DNA of 64,000 bases from a plasmid. Under the pieces are notes generated by a model. The model was given only the letters and a program-made list of their open reading frames with translations, was not told the origin of the DNA and made no database searches. Below are positions 1-10,992 of the stretch, one piece after another. The stretch lies in the sequence record NZ_CP123987.1; one strand, given 5' to 3'. The position numbers and the translations under genes were made by a program. Position 1 is the stretch's first letter, and every line of letters starts with the position of its first letter.

Positions 1-1946
1 CAAAAAAGTCAAGAAACCTAATCATAGAAGCGGGAGAGCTAATTGGTTGGGACAAGGTAAATCCAGATATTTTAGGTTCAATGTTACAAGCAGTTGCTAG
101 TGAAGATAAACGTAGCCATTTGGGTATGCACTATACTTCTGTACCTAATATCATGAAAGTAATTAATCCATTATTTTTAGATGATTTACATGAAGAATTT
201 GAAAAAGCAAAAGGTAATGAAACTAAATTAAATAATTTATTGGAACGTATGCGTAAGATGAAATTCATGGATCCAGCATGTGGTTCAGGTAATTTTTTGA
301 TTATTACATATAAGGAACTCAGACGCTTGGAAATGGATATCTTTGAAGAACTAGGTAAGATAAACAATAGTACTATGTATGTACCAACTATTGATTTAGG
401 TCAATTTTATGGTATTGAGATTGAAGATTTTGCAGTTGATGTAACTAGATTATCTTTGTATATTGCAGATCATCAAATGAACTTGGAATTAAAACGACGT
501 TATGGTGATTATTTGCGCGAAACTTTACCTTTACATAAAGTTGGCGATATTAGATGTGGCAATGCTCTAAGACTTAATTGGAATGAAATTTTACCACATG
601 AAAAAGATGATGAAGTGTATTTATTTGGTAATCCACCATATTTAGGGGCAAGTGGACAAAATCAAGATCAAAAAAAAGATATGGAATTTGTTTTAGGAAA
701 AGTAAAAGGATATAAAAAGTTAGATTTCATAGCTGCATGGTTCTATTTAGGAATGGAGTATTGCAAGGAAACAAAAGCTAGGTATGCATTTGTTACTACT
801 AATTCAATATGTCAGGGTGAACAAGTAAATTTATTGTGGACACCGATTTTAAAATTTATGCAAATAATCTTTGCCTATCAATCATTTAAGTGGGCAAATA
901 ATGCTAAGAGAAATGCAGGAGTTACAGTAGTCATTATTGGCATAAGTAGCAGAAACGAAAAAAATATAGAAAAAAGAATATACTCAATTAATAATTATAT
1001 TAAAAAAGTAAAAATTATAAGTCCTTACTTAATAGAAACAGAGAATGAAAGCCTAATTGTAGAAAATACAAAGAAAACATTGAATAAGTTACCCTTAATG
1101 TCTAAAGGAAGTTCTCCAACGGATGGTGGCTATCTACTGATGAGTGATGAAGAAGGTAAAACTGTTCTCGAAAAATATGATGGTATAAATGATATTTTGA
1201 AAAAGTATGTAGGGTCTAAAGAATTTATAAATGGTTATTATAGATATACTATTTGGATTGCTGATGATGACATAAAAACATGGAAGAATAACAAATTTAT
1301 ATCAGAACGACTTAAAAAAATAACAGAATATAGAGATAAAAAGAAAGGAACAGTAAAGAAATTAGCTGATAAGCCTTGGAAATATGTGTCACAAGGGAGG
1401 TTTTCGGAAACATTATCAAAAAAGAATAGGACAGGATACAATATTATTGTTCCGCGTGTTTCTTCAGAAAATCGTATATATGTCCCAATGGGAACTGTTG
1501 ATGATAATACTGTTATTTCTGATTCTGCTATGGCTATCTACGATGCACCACTTTGGTTATTGGGACTCCTGGAATCACGTATGCATATGGTTTGGTTGGA
1601 AAATGTAGGAGGAAAATTAGAAACACGCTATCGCTATTCTGCTGGACTTGTCTACAACACATTCCCAGTTCCAGAACTTTCTACACGTCGTAAGAATGAA
1701 ATTGAAGAATTAATTGGAAATATTTTGGACATTCGAGAAGAAGAAGGTGGAACTTTAGCTGAATTGTATGGTTCACCATTAGCTGCTAAGAATCCTAAGC
1801 CAATGAATCCAAGATTATTAGAAGCACATAAAGAACTAGATAAAGTTGTCGATAGAGCGTATAAATCAACTGATTTTAAAGATGATAATGAACGTTTGGC
1901 ATTGTTATTAAACATGTATAGTGAAATGGTCAATAAAAAGGGGTAA
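1..1946 (+). CDS. N6-adenine DNA methyltransferase, gamma-class (YeeA-like); 5' end lies outside the window
   Basis: The ORF stays open to position 3 in the same frame with no upstream stop, so the gene is 5'-partial. Motif I DPACGSGNFL (SAM binding) and motif IV NPPY (FGNPPYLG) are present. A helicase gene sits 6 nt downstream. Confidence 0.8.
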   Translation, partial: KKSRNLIIEAGELIGWDKVNPDILGSMLQAVASEDKRSHLGMHYTSVPNIMKVINPLFLDDLHEEFEKAKGNETKLNNLLERMRKMKFMDPACGSGNFLIITYKELRRLEMDIFEELGKINNSTMYVPTIDLGQFYGIEIEDFAVDVTRLSLYIADHQMNLELKRRYGDYLRETLPLHKVGDIRCGNALRLNWNEILPHEKDDEVYLFGNPPYLGASGQNQDQKKDMEFVLGKVKGYKKLDFIAAWFYLGMEYCKETKARYAFVTTNSICQGEQVNLLWTPILKFMQIIFAYQSFKWANNAKRNAGVTVVIIGISSRNEKNIEKRIYSINNYIKKVKIISPYLIETENESLIVENTKKTLNKLPLMSKGSSPTDGGYLLMSDEEGKTVLEKYDGINDILKKYVGSKEFINGYYRYTIWIADDDIKTWKNNKFISERLKKITEYRDKKKGTVKKLADKPWKYVSQGRFSETLSKKNRTGYNIIVPRVSSENRIYVPMGTVDDNTVISDSAMAIYDAPLWLLGLLESRMHMVWLENVGGKLETRYRYSAGLVYNTFPVPELSTRRKNEIEELIGNILDIREEEGGTLAELYGSPLAAKNPKPMNPRLLEAHKELDKVVDRAYKSTDFKDDNERLALLLNMYSEMVNKKG

Positions 1947-1952
1947 GGAAAT

Positions 1953-3911
1953 ATGAGTAATAACATAGAAGTAAATTATCATACAACTGGAGAAAGTACT
2001 GTTACTAACAAATTAGGCATGCGTCAGATGCAAGAAAGAGTATATGCAAAGCGAAATTCTAAATATTTGTTAGTTAAAGCTCCACCTGCTTCTGGTAAAT
2101 CGCGTGCCTTAATGTTTGTTGCCTTAGATAAATTAGCTAATCAAGGAATTAAGAAAGTAATTGTAGCCGTTCCAGAACGTTCAATTGGAAGTTCATTTAA
2201 AAATACAGAATTAGTTAAATATGGCTTTTATGAAGATTGGATAATTGATCCATACTATGATTTAACATCTGCTGGAACTAGTGATAGTAAGGTACAGAGA
2301 CTAATCAAATTTATGGAAGATACAGAAGCTAAAGTAGCTATTTGTACTCATTCAACTTTGCGAAATGCTTATCAAAAAATTGATAGTGATAAAAAATTCG
2401 ACAATACTCTAATTGCTATTGATGAATTTCATCATGTATCAGCAGAGGATAATTCTGTTTTAGGTGGTGCATTAAAAAATATTATGCATAATTCCAATGC
2501 ACACATTTTAGCAATGACTGGTTCATATTTTAGAGGGGATTCTGCACCAATTTTAACAGAAGAAGATGAGCGTGAATTTGATAAAGTTAATTATTCATAC
2601 TATGAACAATTAGATGGATACAAGTATTTGAAGTCATTTGGGATAGATTATAAATTCTATCAAGGTCGATATACAGATGCGATTGGTGAAGCGATGGATT
2701 TAGATAAGAAAATGATAATCCATATTCCCAATGTTAATTCTGCTGAATCAACTAAAGATAAATATGATGAAGTTGATCATATTTTTGATGCAATTGGTGA
2801 AATTGAAAAGAAAGATGAAGAAACAGGTATCTACTTTGTTAGACGAAAAACTGATGGAAAACTTTTGAAGGTAGCAGATTTAGTCAATGAAGATGGTCGT
2901 GAAAAGATCCAGGCAACTTTAAGAAAAATCAAAGATGCTGATGATTTAGATATTATTATTGCTCTTGGTATGGCAAAAGAAGGTTTCGACTGGCCATGGG
3001 CTGAATATGCCTTAACTATTGGATATCGAGGATCATTGACAGAAATTGTACAAATCATAGGTCGTGTTACTCGTGATAGTGAAAATAAGACACACTCACA
3101 ATTTGTTAACTTGATTGCACAACCTGATGCAGACAATGAAGATGTTACTTACGCGGTAAATACGATTATTAAAGCTATTACTGCTTCATTATTGATGGAA
3201 CAGGTTTTATCACCTGAAATAAAATTAAAATCTAAAGGAAGTAAGATTGATACTACAGATAAAAATAATGATGATGTGGTATTTATTAAAGGTTTAAAAG
3301 AACCACCAACTCAAAAGGCTAAGGATATCATTGAAAATGATCTACCTGATTTAAAGGCAGCTATTTTACAAGATAGACAAGTTCAACAAGCTATTGCGAC
3401 TCAAGAAGATACAGAATACGTAAATAAAGTGCTTATTCCTAAAGTAATTATGCAACAAGAATTAGACTTGGATGATGAGGAACTTGAATCTGTAAGGCAA
3501 CATTTAGTGGCTGATATGGTGGTTAGTCAAAGTCAAAACAAGACTTCTAAGGGTGAAAATGGCGATAATAATAAATTTTTAAGTATGGCAAATAGGTTGA
3601 TTGATGTAGAAAAATTAGATATTAATATGATTGATAAGATCAATCCATTTCAGAGAGCATACGAAATTATGTCTACTAATATCAATAGTAGTACTTTGCG
3701 TATCTTGCAAAGAGAGATAGATTCTAAGAAATATGATTTTAGTGAAGATGAATTAAGATTAATATATCCTAAAATTTTGAAGTTTATTTCAGAAAATGAT
3801 GGTAAATTACCAGATAAGGGTTCAGATGATGAAATGGAAAGAAAGTATGCATATGCATTGATTAAGTTAAAAACTATGAAGGAAGAAAAGGAACGTTTAG
3901 AAAATGCCTAA
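1953..3911 (+). CDS. Superfamily-2 DEAH-box helicase (YeeB-like)
   Basis: Walker A APPASGKSRA, DEFHH (motif II) and QIIGRVTR (motif VI) are present. An RBS (aaggaaat) precedes the ATG. The stop overlaps the next gene by 8 nt. Confidence 0.8.
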   Translation: MSNNIEVNYHTTGESTVTNKLGMRQMQERVYAKRNSKYLLVKAPPASGKSRALMFVALDKLANQGIKKVIVAVPERSIGSSFKNTELVKYGFYEDWIIDPYYDLTSAGTSDSKVQRLIKFMEDTEAKVAICTHSTLRNAYQKIDSDKKFDNTLIAIDEFHHVSAEDNSVLGGALKNIMHNSNAHILAMTGSYFRGDSAPILTEEDEREFDKVNYSYYEQLDGYKYLKSFGIDYKFYQGRYTDAIGEAMDLDKKMIIHIPNVNSAESTKDKYDEVDHIFDAIGEIEKKDEETGIYFVRRKTDGKLLKVADLVNEDGREKIQATLRKIKDADDLDIIIALGMAKEGFDWPWAEYALTIGYRGSLTEIVQIIGRVTRDSENKTHSQFVNLIAQPDADNEDVTYAVNTIIKAITASLLMEQVLSPEIKLKSKGSKIDTTDKNNDDVVFIKGLKEPPTQKAKDIIENDLPDLKAAILQDRQVQQAIATQEDTEYVNKVLIPKVIMQQELDLDDEELESVRQHLVADMVVSQSQNKTSKGENGDNNKFLSMANRLIDVEKLDINMIDKINPFQRAYEIMSTNINSSTLRILQREIDSKKYDFSEDELRLIYPKILKFISENDGKLPDKGSDDEMERKYAYALIKLKTMKEEKERLENA

Positions 3912-5106
3912 AAGTATAGATGAAATTTTAAATGATCCACAGTTAAATGAAATTCTGGATAGATTAGAGACTAATAAAAAGAGTAAAAAGGTATTGAATG
4001 TTGATTCTGACATTAAAAATTTCATGGAAATTGTAGAGTGGGTTAAAGAAAATAGACATGAACCTGTAGCTGCTGAATATGGTAGTAATGAAAGAAAACT
4101 TTATAGCCGGTTAAAGGGAATTAAGAAAAGACATAGCGACGATGAGTTAGCTGAATATGATCCGGAACATCTATTAATAAAAGAAGTAATACCTGAATAT
4201 GAGACGTTAAAAAATAAGATAGATTTAAATAAAAAGTACGATACGTTAGATGATATCTTGAATGATGATTTGGGAATATTTGATGAATTAGATATAGATA
4301 AAGACTTAGAAAATAAGTTACATGATACAAGTAAGCTCAAACGTAAAATAACAGTTTCTACTTCAAATAGAGCTAGGCCAAAGAAAATGGCTAACTTTGC
4401 TCCTTATGAAAGAATGTTTAAGAAGATTCAAGCTGACTTAGCTAGTGGGAGAAGAAAGTTAGTTAGATTTAAGAATTATGAAATTGAAGAAGATAGATTT
4501 TATGTATTACGTGGGCAGTTAATCTATATCGACGCAATTGGCGATACTTTTGATGCTAATAACAACGATCGTTATAAGAAAAAAGATGCTAGAGTGCATA
4601 TTATCTATGAAAATGGAACTGAAAGTATGCCTTTACGTAATGGTCTGGCAGCTTCATTGTATGGTAGTAGTAAGGAAAGTAATGTTAAAGGCATGATGGT
4701 TACTGATCGTTTAGACAGTGAAGTAGAAATAAAAAATGATGATATTGTAACAGGTTACATTTATGTGTTAAAATCATTGAGTAATAATTCACAAATTTTA
4801 AGTATTAAGAATTTATACAAAATAGGTTTTACTACTGGAAGTATTGAGAAGAGAATTGCTAATGCTGAGAATGAATCCACGTATTTATATGCTCCTGTAA
4901 AGGAAGTCATGCAATTTAAAGTTATCAATTTGAAGGCTGAAAGTTTAGAAACTGCAATTCATCATGCTTTGGCTCAATATCAATTAGATGTTGATATTTT
5001 AGGCCCTAATGGTAGAAAAATTAAACCTAAAGAATGGTTTGTTGTGGATTTAGATACTATTTCAGAAATAGTTAATGAAATAGTGGCTAAACTCCAAATT
5101 GGATAA
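3904..5106 (+). CDS. T5orf172 / GIY-YIG-like domain protein (YeeC-like)
   Basis: C-terminal region YIYVLKS...KIGFTTGSIEKRI...YAPVKEV resembles the T5orf172 (GIY-YIG superfamily) domain. It is translationally coupled to the helicase and followed by a terminator. Confidence 0.6.
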   Translation: MPKSIDEILNDPQLNEILDRLETNKKSKKVLNVDSDIKNFMEIVEWVKENRHEPVAAEYGSNERKLYSRLKGIKKRHSDDELAEYDPEHLLIKEVIPEYETLKNKIDLNKKYDTLDDILNDDLGIFDELDIDKDLENKLHDTSKLKRKITVSTSNRARPKKMANFAPYERMFKKIQADLASGRRKLVRFKNYEIEEDRFYVLRGQLIYIDAIGDTFDANNNDRYKKKDARVHIIYENGTESMPLRNGLAASLYGSSKESNVKGMMVTDRLDSEVEIKNDDIVTGYIYVLKSLSNNSQILSIKNLYKIGFTTGSIEKRIANAENESTYLYAPVKEVMQFKVINLKAESLETAIHHALAQYQLDVDILGPNGRKIKPKEWFVVDLDTISEIVNEIVAKLQIG

Positions 5107-5119
5107 AATAAAAAAGAAG

Positions 5120-5160
5120 TAGCTCCTATTCCTTAGTTTTTGAGGAGTAGGAGCTTTTTT
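5120..5160 (+). terminator. Rho-independent terminator
   Basis: Stem gctcctattcc / ggagtaggagc followed by tttttt. Confidence 0.7.
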
Positions 5161-5177
5161 GCAGGGGAAGATGATGT

Positions 5178-8100
5178 ATGGTTGTTGTATTAAGCGAAAA
5201 AGATAGAAGAGAAATATTTGATACTCTAACTAATAAACAAATAAGAGTTATTAAAAGATATGTATTAGATACAGTAAAATCAGAATTACTAACAAAGTAC
5301 TTTTGGAAAGGAATTAATTGGGACCTAATTGGCTTAGAATATGATCCGTTTTTTCACAAGAAACTTGCTGAGAGAGTGAGTCAGCCGAGACTCTTTTGTT
5401 CAGCATGTGGAAAGCCACTGAAAAATCAGTATATCGTTAAATCAAAACAAACTGGACACATACAAGAACTTGGATCAACCTGTTTATCTGATAGAGCAGG
5501 AATAGATATTCGAATAGTCAAAGAAATTCATAATAGTAGAAAAAGAATTAATCTTTTTCAAGATGAGATTCTTTCTGATTATAGAAATAAGGAGCGATTT
5601 CCGAATAGGATATATAAAGATATTATTGAAATTAATGCTGATAGGTCATGGGGCCCGAAGTTTCGAAGCAAGATATTAGATTTTAAGGGAGCTAACTTAC
5701 CACTTTTCCATAAGGATCATAATAAGCTTCTTAAAGATCTAAGCAATAGGCGAAATGAACTTGATGAAGAAGAACAATTTGGTCATAAAGATAAAGTTAG
5801 AAATAATATTCAAGAATACATTCATTTAAAACGTTATATTAATGAAATTATTCGAAAAGATCGAAGTTTAAATATAATTCGAAAAGAAGAAACATTAAGC
5901 GATGCTTTAGAGAGAATTACTAATATTAATAATAGTATTAATGATGATTTTGCTGTGATACCAATTTCAAAACAAAAAGAACTAGCTAAACAATATATTG
6001 ATCCATTTAATCAGAAATTAAGTCGGATTAGAAAAGTAAAACAAATAGATAGTAAGACTTGGATTGATGAGGCTGTTAAAATAAGTACAACAATTATGAG
6101 TATAGTTCAAGACTTTAATGAGATTAAAGATAAAAGGATAAATGAATATAAGCGTGTTGTTCAAGAGGTTAATGATGTAAGTAAAACTATTCCAGGGAGA
6201 AATCAATATTTTGAACCAGATTTGACCAAAAATATTGATGAAGAAATAGCCTTTTATAAGCAGTATTTGGAAGAGTTGAAGTTAGAAAAAAAGATTATTT
6301 ATTATCCAAAGAATTTAAAGAGGAGGTTGAGTGAAAAGGAAAGCAATCTTAAACGCAATCCAAGTGCAATCCAAGATGATTTAAGTAGAAGTGTGACACT
6401 TCCTGAAAAAGATGCACTAGTAAGATATTACTTATTAAAACAAGGATTTTATCAAGAGTTTACATTAGATGATTTTGATCAAAAAAGTGAAAGTGAACAA
6501 GTACAAATTCTAGAATACGCATCTTTAAAGGCAGAACTTATAAAAGAAATCTATAAATTTGAAATTGAGATTACTGCTAGAAAAAATGCAATGAATAATC
6601 TAATTAATGAAATTAATGGTCTAGCTAAGGGAATGTTAGACGATAGATACATTCATTCAGCAGAGAGGGATAGATACATTAGTACAAAAGTTCTTTATTA
6701 TGATAATAATTATTCAACGACTATACTAAGGCTTAAGAATGAAAAACAAGTTTTAGAAAATTTTGTTGATAAATTTTCAAAATATCCACAGTCTTTGTTA
6801 AATAACTTGGAAGTAGCTAGTGAAAAAATTTATAATGTTCCAAGTGACAGTAGAAGAATCATGCATGAATATGTCAAGCAACTTCATATATATGAAAAAA
6901 ATAGATTGTTAATTGATGATTATAGATTATTACTTGAATATTATTTTATGAAGAGTAAGGAAACTAATGATCTTAAAAAAATTAGTTTTAGTCAAGTAGC
7001 AGAAGTATTGACTAAAGAGCAATTTAAAAAATTAAATCATAAAAATAAATTAAATAGATTACAAGGTATTTATTTAATCAATGGATTAGTAACGGAAATA
7101 AAAAAATATATTATAGATGTTGATCTTGCAAAAAAGATTAAAAGACTTAATGAATTAAGGAAAGAAACTGATGGTAAAAATTATCAAGTACATCATCTTC
7201 CTCAAGAGATTTTGATGAAAGCGGATGTTGATGAAATCAAAGAATATAGCGATAAAATAGACAAGAATATTCAATACAAAGAGTATATTAAAAAGATAGA
7301 AGTACTAATCAACGAAATATATGAATTACAAGAAGAATTATTTGGCAATAATGTAAATCCAATTGATGTCTTAGCAGAACTTCAAAATAATCATAATTTA
7401 AAATTAGCTAAGACTAAATTTAAATCTTTAAGTAATATAAAGGAAGAACTAGAGATTGGACTGAAAAGAACACATAATATTTGGAGAGAGCCAGAATTTG
7501 ATGAAATTAGAACTCCCTTGCATCAGGTGATTGCTGAAAATATATTTATAGAAAAAGAGGATCTTGATACCTTTGAAAGTATTAAACAACAAGCAGAAGA
7601 ATTAGAATTAAGTCTAACTGATAATGAAAAACAAGTAGTAGAATATTTTTTGAGAAAGAAAAAATTTATGGATAGTAGTGGGAAAATCCAACAAAATTTA
7701 TATTTTAATAATATTGATTCAAAAACATTTGAATTAAATAAATTAAGTAGAAAAATTTTTATAGAATATTATGTATTAAAACTGAAGTTAGAAAAATACA
7801 TATACTACTACAATAAACTTGAAAGTAATTCTGCATATATTAGGGAACTTGAAAAAATTATCTCAATGAATGGTAAAATTGTAAAAACTAAGATAAAGAA
7901 AAGTTCTGGAGACCCTGAAGAATTATCAACGCTTTTAAAAGATAACTTGAATATTTTTAGAAGTACAAATAACAACAAATCCCAAGAATATGCATTGATA
8001 TTTAGTGACTACAATAACAAGATAATGAAGATCTTACATCTTTCTAAAAAACAAGGTAATAATCTTGAATTTATTAAAGAATCGATTGAATACTTAATGG

Positions 8101-8474
8101 ATAAATACCAAAGTAAAAAATATCTAGTTAAAAGTAATGCAAAATCTAAAAAATCTAAGTACTTAGATACGTATCAAAATGAACTAGATATTAAGTGGAA
8201 AAAAGATTTAATTGAATCAATGTTTAAAGTTGAAGATGAAATTAATTGGGATAAGGTGAAGTATAAAATTGTTAATTATTTAAGTGATTATCGAATTCAA
8301 ATTAACGACGAATGGAAACAAGAACTAATTAATTTATTATTTGAAATTAATTATAATTATTTTGGGAACTACTTATCTGATTTGAGTAAAGAAAATGAGG
8401 CAGCTTTAATTAATAGGAATATGTTATTTTTAGGTTTTATGAATAACACAATTAAACAATTATCAAAAATGTAA
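5178..8474 (+). CDS. Large hypothetical protein (1098 aa), K/E/N/I-rich; paralogue of the 8557-10992 protein
   Basis: Long uninterrupted ORF with a GGGGAAG RBS. The N-terminal module (FCSACGKPL...GSTCLSD...ANLPLFHKD) and the C-terminal module (NWDKVKYKIVNYL...LINLLFEINYNYFGNYLS) are shared with the next gene. No recognisable catalytic motifs were found. Confidence 0.75.
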   Translation: MVVVLSEKDRREIFDTLTNKQIRVIKRYVLDTVKSELLTKYFWKGINWDLIGLEYDPFFHKKLAERVSQPRLFCSACGKPLKNQYIVKSKQTGHIQELGSTCLSDRAGIDIRIVKEIHNSRKRINLFQDEILSDYRNKERFPNRIYKDIIEINADRSWGPKFRSKILDFKGANLPLFHKDHNKLLKDLSNRRNELDEEEQFGHKDKVRNNIQEYIHLKRYINEIIRKDRSLNIIRKEETLSDALERITNINNSINDDFAVIPISKQKELAKQYIDPFNQKLSRIRKVKQIDSKTWIDEAVKISTTIMSIVQDFNEIKDKRINEYKRVVQEVNDVSKTIPGRNQYFEPDLTKNIDEEIAFYKQYLEELKLEKKIIYYPKNLKRRLSEKESNLKRNPSAIQDDLSRSVTLPEKDALVRYYLLKQGFYQEFTLDDFDQKSESEQVQILEYASLKAELIKEIYKFEIEITARKNAMNNLINEINGLAKGMLDDRYIHSAERDRYISTKVLYYDNNYSTTILRLKNEKQVLENFVDKFSKYPQSLLNNLEVASEKIYNVPSDSRRIMHEYVKQLHIYEKNRLLIDDYRLLLEYYFMKSKETNDLKKISFSQVAEVLTKEQFKKLNHKNKLNRLQGIYLINGLVTEIKKYIIDVDLAKKIKRLNELRKETDGKNYQVHHLPQEILMKADVDEIKEYSDKIDKNIQYKEYIKKIEVLINEIYELQEELFGNNVNPIDVLAELQNNHNLKLAKTKFKSLSNIKEELEIGLKRTHNIWREPEFDEIRTPLHQVIAENIFIEKEDLDTFESIKQQAEELELSLTDNEKQVVEYFLRKKKFMDSSGKIQQNLYFNNIDSKTFELNKLSRKIFIEYYVLKLKLEKYIYYYNKLESNSAYIRELEKIISMNGKIVKTKIKKSSGDPEELSTLLKDNLNIFRSTNNNKSQEYALIFSDYNNKIMKILHLSKKQGNNLEFIKESIEYLMDKYQSKKYLVKSNAKSKKSKYLDTYQNELDIKWKKDLIESMFKVEDEINWDKVKYKIVNYLSDYRIQINDEWKQELINLLFEINYNYFGNYLSDLSKENEAALINRNMLFLGFMNNTIKQLSKM

Positions 8475-8556
8475 AAGAAGCTGATAATAAGATAAGTGCT
8501 GGACATTGTTCAGTGCTTTTTCAAAACTTAAATAATTTTCTGAAGGGGAGCTATGA

Positions 8557-10992
8557 ATGGAGATTTATACATTAACAGATGAAAAAAGACGAAAAATTTT
8601 GTCTAAATTAAAATACAATCAAATTCAAACTTTATCAGATTTCACAATGTATAAAGCAAAGTCAGAAATGATAACGAAAGATTTTGTTATTGCAAATGAC
8701 TGGAAACTTGCTGATATACGAGAAGATGCATTTTGGAATTTAAGATCTATGGATAATAACCAAGGAAAGAAAATTCCTAAATTAAAATGTGAATGTGGTA
8801 AAAATTTAAGATATCAATATATACTTAGATCAAGTAGTGGTAAAGAGCTAAAATTAGGGGTTACACACTTTGCTCAACATGCAGGGATTCCGCAAAATAT
8901 AGCTAGACAAATTCATAGTAGATTAAATAAAGTTATGATTTTTAGAGATGAAATCTTAACAAAATATAGTCAAGGACAGAGATTCCCTTTAGAAGAATAT
9001 AATGTAGTTTCTAAAAAGGGATTGCTGTTAGAATTTGGAGAAGACTTTAATTACAAGTTGAAAAAATTTAAAGATGCTAACTTACCACTATTTCATGTTG
9101 ATGAAAGTAGATTAATGAAAAAATATTTTAAAGCTAAAGAAGCAAACATAACATTGTATAGGATTATAGATGATGAAAATTTTGATGATAAATATTTATT
9201 ATTTAAAGAAACTTTAAATCGATATATTGATTTTTCCGAATTTATAGATACTAAAAGTGATGCTAAATGGTTAAGCAAGACTTTAATTGGTTGTTATGTA
9301 GTAGAACAAAGTATAGAAAATATAATGTTATTTAGTATTGGTAAGACTGGAAAGATTCTAAGAGAAGACTACATAAAAAGAACTAATACTAGATTAAAGA
9401 ATCTCCTGATAGATGAAAACTTCAAGCAAGGATTTATTCGGATTTTAGATGAAATTAAAGATAGTGTGTATGAAAAAGATGAAATAGATATCTTATTACG
9501 CAAAGAAGAAGAAATTTTAATTGATTTAAATGTACTTCAAGTTGAATTATACGGAAAAGATGCAATTCAAGATTCTCAAGATGAACAAACAAAACGTACA
9601 GCCAAAGAAATTGATAGAAATATAAATAGAATAAGAAAAAAGTATGATGAATATACTATTGTAAGAGAAGAGTATCTACAACTGATAAATAGTTATAGAA
9701 GTAAAAATCCTAAACTAGTTAGTAATTTAGAGAAGATTAGTGACGGGCAAATAATATTACCTGCTACTGTTGAAGAAGAATATCCAAAAATGATAGGCAA
9801 ATATAATAATTTACCCAAATTGAATAAAGATGAAAATAAAATAGTTAGATATTTTATGTTGAGACATAAGATAAATATTCCTGGTGAAGGTATAAAACAA
9901 GGGTATTCCTTATCAGCTTCTTTAGATAAATTCAAACGAGTGAAGGACGATGAAGTTAAAAAATTATTATTAGAATATTTAATTTTAAGAGTGAAACTTA
10001 CTGAAAAGATAATAGAATTTAAACAGCAAAATATGCGAGATATGTATTTTAAGGCAGTAAAAATAATTTCTAAATATGACGTTTATTCCTACAAGAAAGA
10101 TAGTAATATCGAATTGTATGATATAGACTTCTTGATTAATAACAGTTCAAATAACACAAATATAAAGTTAGATGAGGATATTAAAGTTTTAAAACCCGAA
10201 TTAGAGTCAATTATAGCTAAATCAAAACAAAAGGATTTGATTAGAGGGATTCTAAATGAATTAGTTAAGATATACAAAAAAACAGAGACACCTACTATGG
10301 ATATATTAAATATTCTTGATAAGATAGTGGCAAGAGAATCAACGTTTTATTATGGTGAGATACATAATTCATCTAATTTATGGAAACAAGAATTCATAAA
10401 TTTTTTGTATAAGGTAAATTATTATTATGTAGGAAATAAGCTTTCAAACGATTTTTTAAAGGTTGATAAGACAATTCTAAACAAGAATTTGGAGTTTCTT
10501 GTATTTATAGATGAAGTCGTTAAACCTGGATTAGAAACAGGGATACTGTCAAAAGAAGAAAGAATTAAAGTACATAGGAAAAAGTTAATCAAAAAAGTTA
10601 AATTAATATATGGAAAAAGTAAAAAATCTAAATCAATATATGGGGAAAATAAAAGAGTTAATAAAGATAAATTAGGAAAGTATTTTTATGGAATAAGAAG
10701 AAATTTAAGTGCAATAGATACGTTATCTGGCTATGGTAACCTTCAAAGAAGCGAACGTACAGAGAAATTGTTATCAAAGAGATTAAATATATCAAGTAAG
10801 AAAGTAGAAATGATTAGGAAGATTTTGGAAAAGTATCCACAGAGAGATTCTGTTGACTTTAAACGAGAGATTGAGTCTCTCCCAATACCTAAAGATATGC
10901 AAGAAAGAATAATTTTCTTTGAGGCAAATAAAAAAGATATACGAGAAATTAAAGATGCTTTTGAGATTAAAAATAAGCTGGTGATAAAATGA
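8557..10992 (+). CDS. Large hypothetical protein (811 aa), paralogue of the 5178-8474 protein
   Basis: Shares KCECGKNL...GVTHFAQH...ANLPLFHVD and the C-terminal FINFLYKVNYYYVGNKLS module with the upstream gene. RBS gaaggggag precedes it. Its stop overlaps the next start (ATGA). Confidence 0.75.
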   Translation: MEIYTLTDEKRRKILSKLKYNQIQTLSDFTMYKAKSEMITKDFVIANDWKLADIREDAFWNLRSMDNNQGKKIPKLKCECGKNLRYQYILRSSSGKELKLGVTHFAQHAGIPQNIARQIHSRLNKVMIFRDEILTKYSQGQRFPLEEYNVVSKKGLLLEFGEDFNYKLKKFKDANLPLFHVDESRLMKKYFKAKEANITLYRIIDDENFDDKYLLFKETLNRYIDFSEFIDTKSDAKWLSKTLIGCYVVEQSIENIMLFSIGKTGKILREDYIKRTNTRLKNLLIDENFKQGFIRILDEIKDSVYEKDEIDILLRKEEEILIDLNVLQVELYGKDAIQDSQDEQTKRTAKEIDRNINRIRKKYDEYTIVREEYLQLINSYRSKNPKLVSNLEKISDGQIILPATVEEEYPKMIGKYNNLPKLNKDENKIVRYFMLRHKINIPGEGIKQGYSLSASLDKFKRVKDDEVKKLLLEYLILRVKLTEKIIEFKQQNMRDMYFKAVKIISKYDVYSYKKDSNIELYDIDFLINNSSNNTNIKLDEDIKVLKPELESIIAKSKQKDLIRGILNELVKIYKKTETPTMDILNILDKIVARESTFYYGEIHNSSNLWKQEFINFLYKVNYYYVGNKLSNDFLKVDKTILNKNLEFLVFIDEVVKPGLETGILSKEERIKVHRKKLIKKVKLIYGKSKKSKSIYGENKRVNKDKLGKYFYGIRRNLSAIDTLSGYGNLQRSERTEKLLSKRLNISSKKVEMIRKILEKYPQRDSVDFKREIESLPIPKDMQERIIFFEANKKDIREIKDAFEIKNKLVIK

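Noticed and set aside
131-367. Short antisense ORFs overlapping well-supported genes. Examples are 131-367, 1238-1441, 2831-3136, 4101-4340, 6018-6206, 9093-9278, 11130-11321, 13228-13564, 21510-21710, 23535-23855, 25541-25942, 28514-28778, 41521-42545, 46633-46878, 49789-50067, 54747-54929 and 58401-58700.
   Set aside because: They lie entirely within, and mostly antisense to, long ORFs with clear homology and motifs. They have no RBS and have low-complexity translations typical of AT-rich antisense frames.
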